Positions 1 through 11,539 of a DNA stretch of 64,000 nucleotides are shown in pieces. The stretch comes from Azolla caroliniana (Eukaryota; Plantae; Polypodiophyta). Every line of letters starts with the position of its first letter. Position 1 is the stretch's first letter. The DNA lies in assembly GCA_043228905.1 (NCBI GenBank), contig JBHGNT010000007.1, positions 7,626,001 through 7,690,000 on the forward strand. Reading direction: 5' to 3'. Below the pieces are notes generated by a model. The model was not told where the DNA came from, did not search any database, and worked only from the letters and a program-made list of their open reading frames with translations. The position numbers and the translations under genes are program-made.

Positions 1-1088
1 ATATTCATTGAGACAGATGATCCTATGCATGCACTTCCACAAATAACTTTGCACTCCATGGAGTCTATTGTTGGGTGGATTCATTCTTTGAGTGCTCTTA
101 CGATACATAAAGATAAGCAACATTCCCTAAATTTATCCGTTGGAACATATTCATGTGTTTTTTTTTGTGACATTCCTTCGTACGAGATGAGGTGTTAGCT
201 GAAACTGACGTAAGGGACTTCCAAATGGCAGATGTGAAAGTATAAACACATGAATACTAACATTTGGTCTTGTGTGTATTTGGCTTAAATGGCAAACAGA
301 GCAAAAGATAACATAGAAAAAATTCTGCCTTAGTCAATATCAATCAACAGAGTACCGTTCTATTTAGTATGTGGAAGAATGTGAAGATAGGGTAGATATC
401 AACAAATCGTACCCCATTTTCCATTCAGTCAGCCATATTTTTGCCCTCACTTTTGTGAGACCATCATGATGGCTGTAATCCAATGGCTAACATGTACTAA
501 TGAAGATTGGCTCCAGATTAGCAATTTGGATGTCCTATTTCTTCTACAAAGGAAGAAATAACTAGATTTTGGCCCGGGACTCTTGGCTTCAATTTCAGAC
601 CATACACAAAAGATGTACTCCAACAGTTGGATCAACAGAAACTCAACAAACTGCCAACCTAAGATGAATCCAAGTCAATAGCAATCAGCATTACAGCTTT
701 CTATTAGATATGAAAAAAGGATAGTCATTATGAAGACTGATCAAGGATCAACAAATTGAATGCCATTTTCCTTGCACAAAAGTAAATAGCTAGATTATTT
801 TTTTTGTTCTTGTGGTCATTATTGACAATTTAATGAATGATTTTGTTCATTATCGACAAAGTTTGGACGGATTTTTTCATCAATATTGACACTCATTGGC
901 GTGTTTTCAGGTCAATATCGACCAATTTCAAGTCAGATTTTGGTCAATACCAGAAAATTATGGTCAATCTAAAACTACTTACTAATACAAGAGCATGCGC
1001 ACTAAGAGGAAAACATTTTCCACTCCACCCAAGAGGTGGAATCACATGGAGGGAGGTAAAGAGAAAGAAAGAGAAGAGCTAATCCTAC

Positions 1089-1358
1089 CTTGTAAACGAT
1101 GGCGTACGGGGTGACATAGAGGCGCCGGGATCGGAGGTCACGGCGGACAACAAGGCGGCGGAGAGGGAGGTAGAGGAGCATGAGGAGTCCGATGCCCCAA
1201 GCGGGGAGCAGGGCCAGAGACAACATGAGCCATCGAATGCTCTCGTACCCAATCGTGCCCTCTTCGTTGCAGAGGAAGCAAGCCCTGTACAAAATTGTAC
1301 CATCATCACCATCACCATCACCATCACCACCAATCCCTTCTTTCTCTTCCTTCCTCAT
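1089..1358 (-). CDS. First coding exon of a conserved uncharacterised plant membrane protein; the gene continues beyond the window start
   Basis: Peptide LYRACF...YESIRWLMLSLALLPAWGIGLLMLLYLPLRRLVVRRDLRSRRLYVTPYAIVYK resembles a recalled conserved plant family with one hydrophobic hairpin. The exon ends at AAG|GTAGGA (GT at 1088-1087). The ATG at 1358 is the likely start. Downstream exons were not identified. Confidence 0.7.
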
Positions 1359-2780
1359 TCTCTCGCTCTGTCTCTCTGTCTCTCTGTCTCTCTGCTGCAG
1401 ACTGGTAATGGGAAGTCTATGGCACTTCTCTCTCTGCGATCTAGGCTCTAGCACCCCAATTTGAGCCCAAGCCGAACCGCAGCTTAACCAGTTCAGTCCA
1501 GTCCAGTCCAGTGACCAGCCCGGCCCGGTTCGGTTCGGTTCAGTTCGGTTCAAGTTTAGAGGTCCGACATGGCCATAGACAAAGTTCGGAAGGTTGTTTC
1601 CCATCCTGTCACTAGGCTTCCTTCCGGCGGCTACGCTGTATAGGGCCCTCGACGCTTTGTTTTGGAGACGATTCTCCTGGTTCAAAGTTGATCAAGCACA
1701 CTTCTAGGATCAACGTATGCGATACCAATTACGAATAGTTAAGATGGTTTCGCCAACGTTAATCTATGTAATCAAACTTTTAGAGCGGTATTTATGTTTG
1801 TTTTATCAGTTGTGATAAAAATAAAAAAACCCTGCCTGGGTTGATAGATTTCCCATGGCAAAATTCTCATATAATAACTCAATTCGTGTTTCCATAGAGC
1901 AATCCTCTTTATTTGTGGTGTTCGCGCTACATCCCTTCGTGGTCTTTCTTACATGACATAGAGCACTTTGGTCAATCCTTATGCAAGATCCCATCATGAA
2001 CATCTACAAATTCAAACTAAACTTTGAGACTAATGTCTAACAAGATCAATAGGAAATTTTATCGGGTTTGCCTTTGAAAGGGCAATGTTATCTTTTTTGA
2101 TCTTTCATATTACGTTAAAATTGGCAATTGTTTTTGGTGATATTCATCATCTAAACTCGTCTCACTTCTATTTTGTACCATGGGAAAAAATGGCATGTTA
2201 ATGTTTTAAAGCCATCGTTAGGAGCAACCTAAATTATAAACATTGAAGAGCTTTTATTCTAAATGTGTCAACAAACCCACAACCCTAACATTACAAGCAC
2301 AAGATTTATTTATTGTTTTGAAACTTTGAGTTCTATTAGTAATTGTAAATGCAAACTACAAAAACAGGAGGACAATGCTTCCATATTGTTCTTATGGGCA
2401 GGAATTTTTGTAAACACTTGAAAAGAACTAATCTGGAAGCTTTCGATAAAATGACGAAAGACACCGTGAAGGCTTTTCCTTGGTTAGCTTGTTCTTCATA
2501 GATTTTGCCTAAATAGTAACCATATAGACATTTTGATATTTAAACAAGAAAACCCAGAGCTTTTTAAAAGCAACAAAACTACCCCTTCCTCAAGTAAGAA
2601 TTACTATGCACCTAATTTTTAGAAATGGTTTCATAGAGCAGGTTTGCAACTTGTCAATTTGAACATCGGAAGTAAAAAGACGAATTAAACTAAACTTGAG
2701 TTTATTGAATCCTAATTAGCCATTATGAGGGTGTATTAATGTGTCTTGTTTGTTTATGAGTTTACAAAATCGAACATCGT

Positions 2781-3176
2781 TGTTGCCTTCTGGCCGAACT
2801 AGCCACAACACAAGTGTTCTTCCCGAGCACTTCTCCAAAGGGGTGGTAAGGTTAGGATGTTAGATCACACGCGTAAGATAAAGATTAATAGCATAGACAG
2901 TAAGGAAATACAGATACAAAGATAAGTGCTCAATGATAACTTGTATTACTTCCGTAAGAAAACATTACATCCCATCATATCCTTTTATAGGCATCCGGCA
3001 AAGTTACAAAACGGTGCCCTTTAGGCAACCGGCTCCGAATTGGTCCGGATCCGGATCGGTACAACTATCCCGGATCCGTCCCTCCGAATCATAATTATAA
3101 TAACTATACTATATATATATCCATATATATCCGGTTCTGCTTTCCCACTTGTCCTTCCGCCTTTGACCGGCCAACA
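2781..3176 (-). repeat. 3' LTR of the Gypsy element (396 bp)
   Basis: Near-identical to 13423-13809: about a dozen substitutions, an 11-bp indel and a TA slippage by eye. TATA-like CTATAAAAG on the minus strand at ~2982-2990. Confidence 0.95.
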
Positions 3177-3178
3177 CA

Positions 3179-3194
3179 TGGCACGCCCGTAGGA
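3179..3194 (+). other. Inverted PBS-like site TGGCACGCCCGTAGGA at the position where the PPT should be
   Basis: Starts 2 nt inside the 3' LTR. Resembles the complement of the plant tRNA-Arg(UCU) 3' end (TGGCACGCCCAGTGGGA, recalled). No purine tract adjoins the LTR on the coding strand. Confidence 0.6.
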
Positions 3195-3269
3195 AAGTGC
3201 CTTGCACTTTGAACCCACACACGGCCTCATTCTTCCTCCAATATATCGAGCAAACTTTGCTCGAAGGTA

Positions 3270-6200
3270 TCAAGTGGTTGGTGCCTCCCCGGTTTCCTGT
3301 TCCGTGCCTGTCTCCCTTCCGATTTCCGGCTGGATTGGTTGTTGCTCTGGTTCATCTGCCTTTGCTTGTTCTTGCTGTACTGGTGCTTCCTCTCCGCTCC
3401 TTCCGGGTTCGTCTTGTTTTTCTTCCATTTCCGGCTCTGATCTATTATCGGTGTCACTTTCACCGGTCTCGACTGGTCGGTTGGCTGCTAACTCTTCCTC
3501 TGCCTTGGCGTTTACTTGCAACTGCTCCTCTTCCGTCCCGGCGTTTGCCTGCAACTGTTCCTTTGTCAACACAGTTGTCCCTTGATTGATCTGGACTGGT
3601 GGCTCCTCCTCGGGTCCTTCTTGTCGGGGTTGTTCGGTGTTGGTTGGTTGTTCCCTAGCCGGTTGCTCCTCGTCACTAATTGTGATGGGCGTTGTCTTAC
3701 CCTCAGCTTCTTCTTGTTGACGGTCCTGCTCGTACTTCTCCAACTCCAACTGAGTTTCGAGTTGTCCGTCATCCAATCTTTCCACCAACCCCCAGATCTC
3801 CCTTAGATGTTCTTCTGCTAAAGCGAAGAAATCCTCGGACAGTTCTTCCCGAATGGTCACAATGCTTTCTTCATCCATCTTGTTAGAACTTGTCACTTGC
3901 CTTCATCCGGTTCTCTGCATCCGCCCGGAGTGTTTGCAGCTCTGCTGCTTGTTGTGACCACTCCTTCCATACCTTCTCAGCACATTCATTGATGTTGGTC
4001 TGAGCTCAGTACCTCCATGCTGACATGATGAGCCGGATCTGGTCCACCCCCAGTTGAGCACGTGAATTGGCCTCTTGCTTTTCCTGTCTCAACCGTACTA
4101 TAATCGCAACCGCGGCCTGGGCTTGGCTTTCATACTCCGCTGCCTTCTTTTCATATGTACTCCTAAGTTTGTTGAGCGCATAGGTGGCCCGTTCCTTCTC
4201 TTCATTCCGGTTCTTGGTTAGCTCCAACTTCTCCCTTGCCGCTGCTTCCAACTCCTTTACTCGCACCACCACTTGGGTTTCCTCTACCGACAATGCTTCC
4301 TTTTTTACATCTAATTCGTCCATTGTCTTGGCAAGATCCAACCGGGTCTCTTTCAGCTGCTCCTTTATCTTCTCCATCTGCCGGTCGAACTCCGCTCCCC
4401 GTTTTTTGTAATCCACCTTGGCTTGCTTGTGCTCTCGATACAACCTGTCAAAATCCTTAGTTTTCTGTTTCAAGCGTCGGTTTACCTCCTTTTGTTGCCG
4501 AAGTTCTTCCTTGAGACGTTCTATTTCTGTCTCCGCATGCCGGCGCAGTCTGTCCTTCTCTTGCTGCAGCTTGTCTTTTTCTTCCCTCAGTCGATCGTTG
4601 TTGGCCTGGCTTTTCCGGAGGCTTTCTTCCATCCTCCGCCTTTCTTCTTCTGCCAACTTCCTTTGTTCTCTTTCCTTCTCTCTCAACGCCTCCTGAGCCC
4701 TCAACTCTTCTCTTAAGGTTGCTATTATTTTCCCAGACTCAGGGCCGGTTTGCAAGGCCTCTCCTTCCATCGGTTCTGGGGTGGCTTCCTTCCTTGTTGT
4801 CCCGACCGGCTCGGTGACGACCTGTGCTTGTTGGCCCGCTGTGGCCGTATTGGCCGCTCTTTCCTTTGCCTTTGTCAGCTCCTCCTGCAACCCCTGGATC
4901 TGCGTCCGGAGCGAGACCAATTCCTGTGTTGTTGTTCGCGTAAGGTATTCCCTATGCCTCTCTTCCTCGTCCAGTTGGTCTGCTACCCCCAACACTTGTT
5001 CTGAAAGCCATCTTAGCCATTGTTGCATTGTGTTGTTCTCTAGTCCCTGGCTTACTCCCTCTGTCGGGGTGCTTTGCGCGCTCCCGCTTGGTGGCTCCGG
5101 TTGTTGCTCTTGTCTTCCCTCCGGCTGCTTTGCGCCTGTTTCCGATTCCAAGACTTGTTCACTTCCCAAGTCCGGGAAGATTGGTTCGCTGGCGACGTCC
5201 GACAACCTCTGATCTAGTGCTGCCTCTTGTTTTGCGGCCCTTGATTCTTCCTGTTCCTCTACCTCCTTGGTTATTGGAGTCGGTCCCTTCGCCCGTTGCT
5301 GAGTGCCGCCAACTGGTGGAGCCGATTCGTTCGCCCGTTGCTCCCGACCCCGCTTTGGTGCGTGTCTTTCCAATGGCTCGGCGGAGTCCTCCTCCTCAGC
5401 CTCCTCCTTCGTGGTGGTTCCCAGACAGAACTTTTGTACAAAGTCCGCTGGTTCTGGTCCTGGCATTCGCACTGTGATTTTTATCGGCTTTTGCACCACC
5501 GGCTCCTCCTCTGCCGGTTCCTGTGCGCGGGTGGTCTTCTTCGCCGATTTCTCTTTTCCTTTCCCCGCTGGTTTTGCTTTTCCCAACTGCTCCGGTTGCC
5601 GTCTGTTGGATGGCCCTTCTTCCAGCTGTTCGTCCTCCTCCTGGGTCCATCTCGAGGTATGCTTCTCCAGGAGCTGCTGGCGTTTCGCAGTCTTCTTTGG
5701 TGTCGTCTCCTGGCGACCCCTTTTCTTTTGCTTGATGGGGAGAATAGGTGGGACCAACACAATCAGCCACTGTGCTATCCCGGCCCATGATTTCTTTCCT
5801 TCTACCAGGTTCCCGATCGCATCTTTCAAACCTTCGGTGATGAAGTGGAGCCAGTCCACCCTCAGTCCTTCATATGCCGCAATCACGAACCCGGCCCGGT
5901 ACTTTGGTATGGCTGGGGGACGAGGGTGTACAAACCCGTATTCCATCATTGCGCGGGCCACTTCCCTGAACAACAGGTTCTGTCCCCCTTGCGTTCGGTA
6001 TGCCTTGCTACTCAGAGAGTACTCCCCGAAGTACTCGAACAAGATCTGGTTGGAGGGGCACTCTATTGATCGCAATCCTCCTGCCTGTAGCCCTGTGAGC
6101 GCCTGCACCGCGCCTTCTGTGATCTCAGATAGGTCAATGGTTGCGGCTGCTTGCTCTGGTTCCGCGTGCGGTGGTGTGTCGGCGATGCGCAGAAGTCCTT

Positions 6201-6447
6201 CCAACCCGTTTTCTATCAGCCACTGTCTTGCTTCCTTTGAGAGCGCCATAGGACCTATGTCTTCCGCGTGGATGTGTTGGTCGGTGTAGAAGCTAAGCTC
6301 TGTGCGTCCGGGTTCTCTTCTGTTTTCTCGCGCTTGCTTCAAAGAAAATTCACGAAATGTGAATACTTCACATGCCTTTGCCTTTTGTAGGTTCAGTCTC
6401 TTCGAGCCGTCGTTTCTTGATTCCCGCGCATGCATATCTCCTGCCAT
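3270..6447 (-). CDS. Extra ORF(s) of the retrotransposon downstream of pol (813 aa + 208 aa; probably one disrupted ~1060-aa ORF with a long coiled coil)
   Basis: ORFs 4006-6447 and 3270-3896 are in the same orientation as pol. The frame continues past the TGA at 4006 (AQTNINECAEKVWKEWSQQAAELQ...) to a 1-nt frameshift near 3885. Glu/Lys/Gln-rich heptad region in the C-terminal half. Confidence 0.7.
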
Positions 6448-8298
6448 AATTAGTATGTCCTGTCCTCGTTGTTCATGGTTGTGCCTTAAATAGCAACCCC
6501 CCCACCTTTTCGCTTATTCAATGGTGGCGCTTCATTAATCTTTTTCAATTAATTGCTGGCGCTCCCACCTTTTCCATTCTCCTTCATCATTGCGTATGTA
6601 TTTCTTTTTCTGTTTATTTTCTTTTCTGTTTTTTATTTTTCTGAAGTTTATTACGTTACTTGTTGGTTGTACCCGGGCGACCCGGATTGGTTACCTCCGG
6701 TGCCGGACCTTCTTCCTGCCGGTTTTCCGAATCTCGTGAGTCCTTGTTCTTTTGAAACGGGTTAGCCGGCATACGTCCTTTGTATGGCTTCAAACGGAAT
6801 CTGTTTGCCCATTTGTCTATGATCTCGCCTGCTAACGGGCCGAGCTGATACGACCCATTGTATTCCTTCGTAATCTAGAACGGTCCGGTCCACCGAAACC
6901 ATAGTTTTCCCGGCATGTTGCCCATTTGGGTCTGGAACAGTAGGACCGGTTTCCCGATTTTGAATTCCTTTTCATTACCTCTCCGATGTCGGTCTACGAA
7001 TGCCTTCCTCCTCCGTTGTTCGAGCTCAAGCTGTAACAAGCTGGTTATTCGGTTTTCCTCCAACTCGCACAATGTTGCCAACCGAATTTTCTCGGACTCC
7101 TTCTCGCTCAGGCGTTCCTTCACCTGGATTCGTAAACTCGGAATTTGAAACTCTACCGGCATCACTGCTTCCAATCCGAATGCCAATCGGAACGGGGTTG
7201 TCCGGATGCTGGTCTTGTATGTTGTCCGGTATGCCCACAGTGCGCTTTGTAGTTTCGTGTCCCAATCTGTCCGATTCTCATTGACAATTTTCCGTAAAAT
7301 GTTCTGCAGGGTCTTGTTGGTCGACTTAGCCATTCCGTTGGCCTGCGGGTAATAAGGTGTGCTTCGTTTGTGCACCACCGCATAGAACGACGTCAAGCTC
7401 TCCACTACTTGCCCGAGGAAATACCCTCCTTGATCACTTATCAACTCGATCGGGCAGCCATATCGGCACCATATGCATTCATACAAAAAATTTGCTGTAG
7501 AAGCGATTGTGTTATCTCTTAATGCCTTTGCTTCTACCCACTTTGTGCAGTAATCGGTGGCCACTATAATGTACCGATTCTCGGTTCTCATTGCCGGGGG
7601 TTTAAATGGACCGACAAAGTCTAGTCCCCATTTTTGAAATGGCTCCAGAGGCAGAACCGGGTGGTGAGGCATTCGGGCCTGCTCCATTGGTTGACCTAGC
7701 CGCTGGCACAGATCGCATTCTTTGCTAGACCTGACGACATCCTTGAGGGTGGTTGGCCACCATAACCCGCTTTGCCATATTTTCCGGGCTGTTGCTTCTC
7801 TGGCATAATGCCCTCCAGCTATACCGTAGTGAGCTTCCCTTAGGATCATCTCCTTTTCGTCACTTCGCACTGTTCGTCGCCAGATACCATCCGCCCCCTT
7901 GTGGTAGAGGGTGTCCCCGACCAGACAGAAGTGCCTGCTTCGGACCGCCACACGCTTCCGCTCATCTCGATCCATGTTCTCAGGAGGTAATCCGGTGCTC
8001 AAGAATTGGTGCATGTCGGTTAGCCACTTGTCCTCGGCTACTGTTGCGTTTGTGGCTGGTTTCGTCGTTATTCGGAACAATTCGGCATCGGGAAATTCGT
8101 CCTACACGCCGTTGCCCACTTCACCGGATTCGAGTCTGCTTAGGTAGTCAGCTACAGCGTGCTGCACTCCGGGTCGGTGGAAGATATCAAATTCGAACTC
8201 CTGTAGTAGCAACGTCCACCGTGCGATCCTACCGGTCAGTGATGCCTTCGATAGTAGGTATAGCAGCGCCGAATGATCTACGTGGAAGGAGAACTTTC

Positions 8299-9203
8299 TG
8301 TTGGGAGACAGGTCCCTCCGGATGGGAAGGGAGAAGAACAGTGCCGATGAACAAACTCGGCCGAGGCCGAAACCGGATGAGGAGTACCCGGTTACGGAGA
8401 GCCGGATGGTGCATGCCTGGTGTGAACCGGATGAGGAGTACCCGGCTACGGAGAGCCGGATGGTGCAGGCCCGGTGTGAACCAGATGAGGAGTACCCGGC
8501 TACGGAGAGCCGGATGGTGCAGGCCCGGTGTGAATCGGATGAGGAGTACCCGGCTACGGAGAGCCGGATGGTGCAGGCCCGGTGTGAACCGGATGAGGAG
8601 TACCCGGCTATGGAGAGCCGGATGGTGCAGGCCCGGTGTGAACCGGATGAGGAGTACCCGGCTACGGAGAGCCGGATGGTGCAGGCCCGGTGTGAACCGG
8701 ATGAGGAGTACCCGGCTATGGAGAGCCGGATGGTGCAGAACCGGTGAGAACCGGAGGAAGAGACATATTCGTAAATATGTTTTTGAGAGCCCATCAAGGC
8801 TATATTTGTAAATAGCCGAAAAGTCATATTAGTATAAATATGACTTAGGGCAAACTTTTAGTAGTTGTTGTCATTTTCTGTTTTGCACGAGATTAGTGTG
8901 CGTAACTGTACAGAGAGAGAGAGAGAGAAAGAGGTTGTTGCCTCTGTTGTAACCGCCGCCTGTGGCGAAGATTAGTGAGCACGAGGTCGGTGCCTCAGTG
9001 AACTCACTGTTGTATATTCCTACATAGTGACAGTTTGCAGCCTATGGGCTGCCGTGGTTTTTCCCCTAGTTTGGGGTTTTCCACGTAAACCTCCTGTGTA
9101 TCCTCTCCTTCTTTGTGTCGCGTTTTATTTCCCGTTTTCTGTGTATCATTCTAAGCTTGGTTGTGGCCGAGCGTTGCGCATAAGGAATGTTGGGTTCCCG
9201 TCA
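8299..9203 (+). mobile_element. Solo LTR (905 bp) inserted into the RNase H of the Gypsy pol
   Basis: Termini TGTTGGGA...TCCCGTCA with 5-bp TSD CTTTC (8294-8298 and 9204-9208). Removing it restores ...HYLLGRKFSFHVDH. Contains an LTR-type CCGTGGTTTTTCCCC...GGGGTTTTCCACGT motif. Orientation is tentative. Confidence 0.88.
8369..8760. repeat. Tandem array of ~7 x 54-bp units inside the solo LTR
   Basis: Unit GAACCGGATGAGGAGTACCCGGCTACGGAGAGCCGGATGGTGCAGGCCCGGTGT, head-to-tail with no spacers. Confidence 0.95.
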
Positions 9204-11539
9204 CTTTCTTCCTAGTAAGTAGTGTCGGTATTTTGTGACGTTGTATACCATGCCTAGGGCTTCCCTCTCGGTTGTGGAATAATTTCGTTCTGCCTTCGAG
9301 AGTTTCCGGCTGACGTAGTATACCGGCCTGTACCATTTTGGCTCAGTCAACTGCATTAAGACGCTTCCAATTGCGATGTTGGACGCATCTACGAAGACAT
9401 GGAAACTCTTTGCCCAATCTAGAGGTTGAACCACCGGGGCTTGTGATAGCATTACCTTCAGTGCTTGGTATGCCTTTTCCTCGGTTTTTGCCCATTGAAA
9501 GGGCACCCGATGTATTGCGGCATGTAGTGGTGTAGCAAAATCCACAAGGTGCCGTATCATCCGGCTGTGCCACCTTATTTGACCTAAGAACTGGCTCAGG
9601 GCTTTTGCGTTGTTTGGTGCTGGTGCCTCAAGGATTGCTCTTACCTTGTCCAGATCCACCACAATCCCTTCTTTGCTAACAACATGTCCTAGTAGGTTGC
9701 CGCTCGCTACTCCAAAGACACACTTGGCTGGGTTCAAGCTCAATCGGTATTCTCTGCACTTCTCTAAGCATAACCGAAGGTGGTCGAGATGTTCTGTTTG
9801 CTGGCTGTATACCGCAAAATCGTCGAGGAACACCTACATAAACCCATGGATGTATTCTCCGAATATCTCCATTATAATCCACTGGAATGTTTGTGGAGCC
9901 GTCTTTAACCCGAACATCATTACTACCGCTACAAATACCCCCCATTCCGTAATGAAGGCCGTCTTTTCCTGGTCCGCCAGGCGCATCCGAATTTGGTTGT
10001 AGCCACTGAATCCGTCTAGGAAGCTGTAGACCTCGTGTCCGGCGATCGCATCCAATACCCTGTCCGTGAATGGTAATGGAAATACGTCGGTTACCGTGGC
10101 TGCGTTCAACTTCCTGTAATCCACGCACACCCGGATCTTGCCGTTTTTCTTTGGAACGAACACTATCGGGCTTAACCAGGTTGCCTGCTTCACTAGTCGG
10201 ATAAACCCGACCCTGATCAATTTGTCAATTTCTTCTTTGACCTTTGCCACATAATTTGGGTTCATGCGATACCTTCGTTGTGCTACTGGTTTAGCATCTG
10301 TACTGAGGTGAATTTGGTGTTGATACAACTGGGGGTCCAGCCCTTGCATGTCTTCGTACGACCATGCGAATACATCCCGAAAGTCTGTTAACAATGCGAC
10401 CATTGCCTTCTTCTCCTTGTCCGACAATTCTTTTGCCACTTTTACCGGCCTTGGTTTGCCCATCGTTCTGAGGTCCACCTCCTCCAACTGGGACACTTCC
10501 ACTCTCTGTGATATCGTTATTTCCCTCTCGAGTGACTCCTGTGCTTGGCGCAATTCTCGGATTGCTGCTTGATCCGGCTCAACCGGTTCCGGGGTAGTGA
10601 TATACGACCCGATAGCTGCAGTGATGTCGACTTCAAAGAGTGGGACGATCTTTGGGTGTTCCTCCATATAACGATCGATCTCCTCGTCTGGCAATCCTTC
10701 CAGCATATTGATACTCTCTGCGTATAGTGGTGGTTCTTCTTTACTAGTGACTGCTCGTTGCTGTGTGGCCACCCGTACCTTCGTCTTCCCACGCCGGAAT
10801 GTGATGATATTCTTTTGCCAATTTTGTTTGATATGTGCCGTTCGTAGCCATGGCCGTCCCAACAGTAGAGGGTATGATCCTTGAACGTTTAGTTGCAGTA
10901 CCACGGCCAATATGCGGAATACGTGGCCCCCGATTGTGACCTCTAGGTCTCGAATAAGCCCGGTCGGTCGGACCGAACTGGTATCTGCCATGCGTAACCA
11001 GAAGGGACACGACTCCCATTCCTGGATGCCCAGGTTGTCGCATGTTCGTCGACTGATGACGTTCACTCTTGATCCTCCGTCGATGATCGTTCCGGTGATT
11101 TCCTTGCCCTTCACAAGTATTGTGATTGCCGGGCTGCTTGTGTCCACCACGGTCGGTCCTTCTTCCGGGTTGGAGAAAAATGCCGGTGCTGGCGCTGGCT
11201 TTGGTTTGGCGACGGTTGCCTGTAGATTCGCCGTGAATCGTGGTACCAACTGGTGCAATCGTGCTAATGGTAGCACGATCTGACAATCTTGTAGTGCTTG
11301 CCACGTCGGGTTGTCCTCCGGTTGTGTGATTGTTTCCTCAAGCTGCGTATTCTGGTTTGTTATCTCCGCCATGTTCTGTTCGTTGGCTTTTTTAATCCAT
11401 TTCGATGCCTGCTTTCGGATTTCTTCCTGGGCTTCCCATTCTGCCGCCTTCCCTTTCGACCGGGTTGTAACCTGTTGAACGTCTGTCACCTCGACCATGA
11501 CCATATTGACCGCCAGCTGCTTTTCATTTGTTTTGATTG

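Larger units (their letters stand above)
6875..11504 (-). pseudogene. Gypsy pol (protease-RT-RNase H-integrase), disrupted by stops and a solo-LTR insertion
   Basis: Protease IIDGGSRVNVI; RT VCVDYRKLN, FLDGFSGYNQI and (stop)VFLDDF; RNase H VFVDAS...NYSTTEREAL; integrase zinc-binding region (GGH...CDLC), WGLDFVGP, ISDQG, YYPQANG and WTGPF. Confidence 0.93.

Noticed and set aside
1359-1685. N-terminal extension of ORF 1002-1685
   Set aside because: It has a non-ATG start and runs through pentamer and GA microsatellite repeats typical of promoter or UTR. The portion past 1089 is intron.
3179-3205. tRNA gene
   Set aside because: Only the 3'-terminal ~16 nt resemble a tRNA. There is no cloverleaf and no A/B boxes.
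4184-6289. Plus-strand ORFs within the Gypsy element (e.g. 5303-6289), which would make it ambisense
   Set aside because: They read as Ser/Phe/Cys-rich shadows of the Glu/Lys-rich minus-strand ORF. The LTR TATA and all domains point to the minus strand.
8369-8760. 54-bp array as a CRISPR array or repeat protein (ORFs 8301-8747, 7753-8811, 8102-8827)
   Set aside because: The units are head-to-tail with no unique spacers, there are no cas genes, and the context is eukaryotic. The ORFs are open only because the unit length is a multiple of 3.
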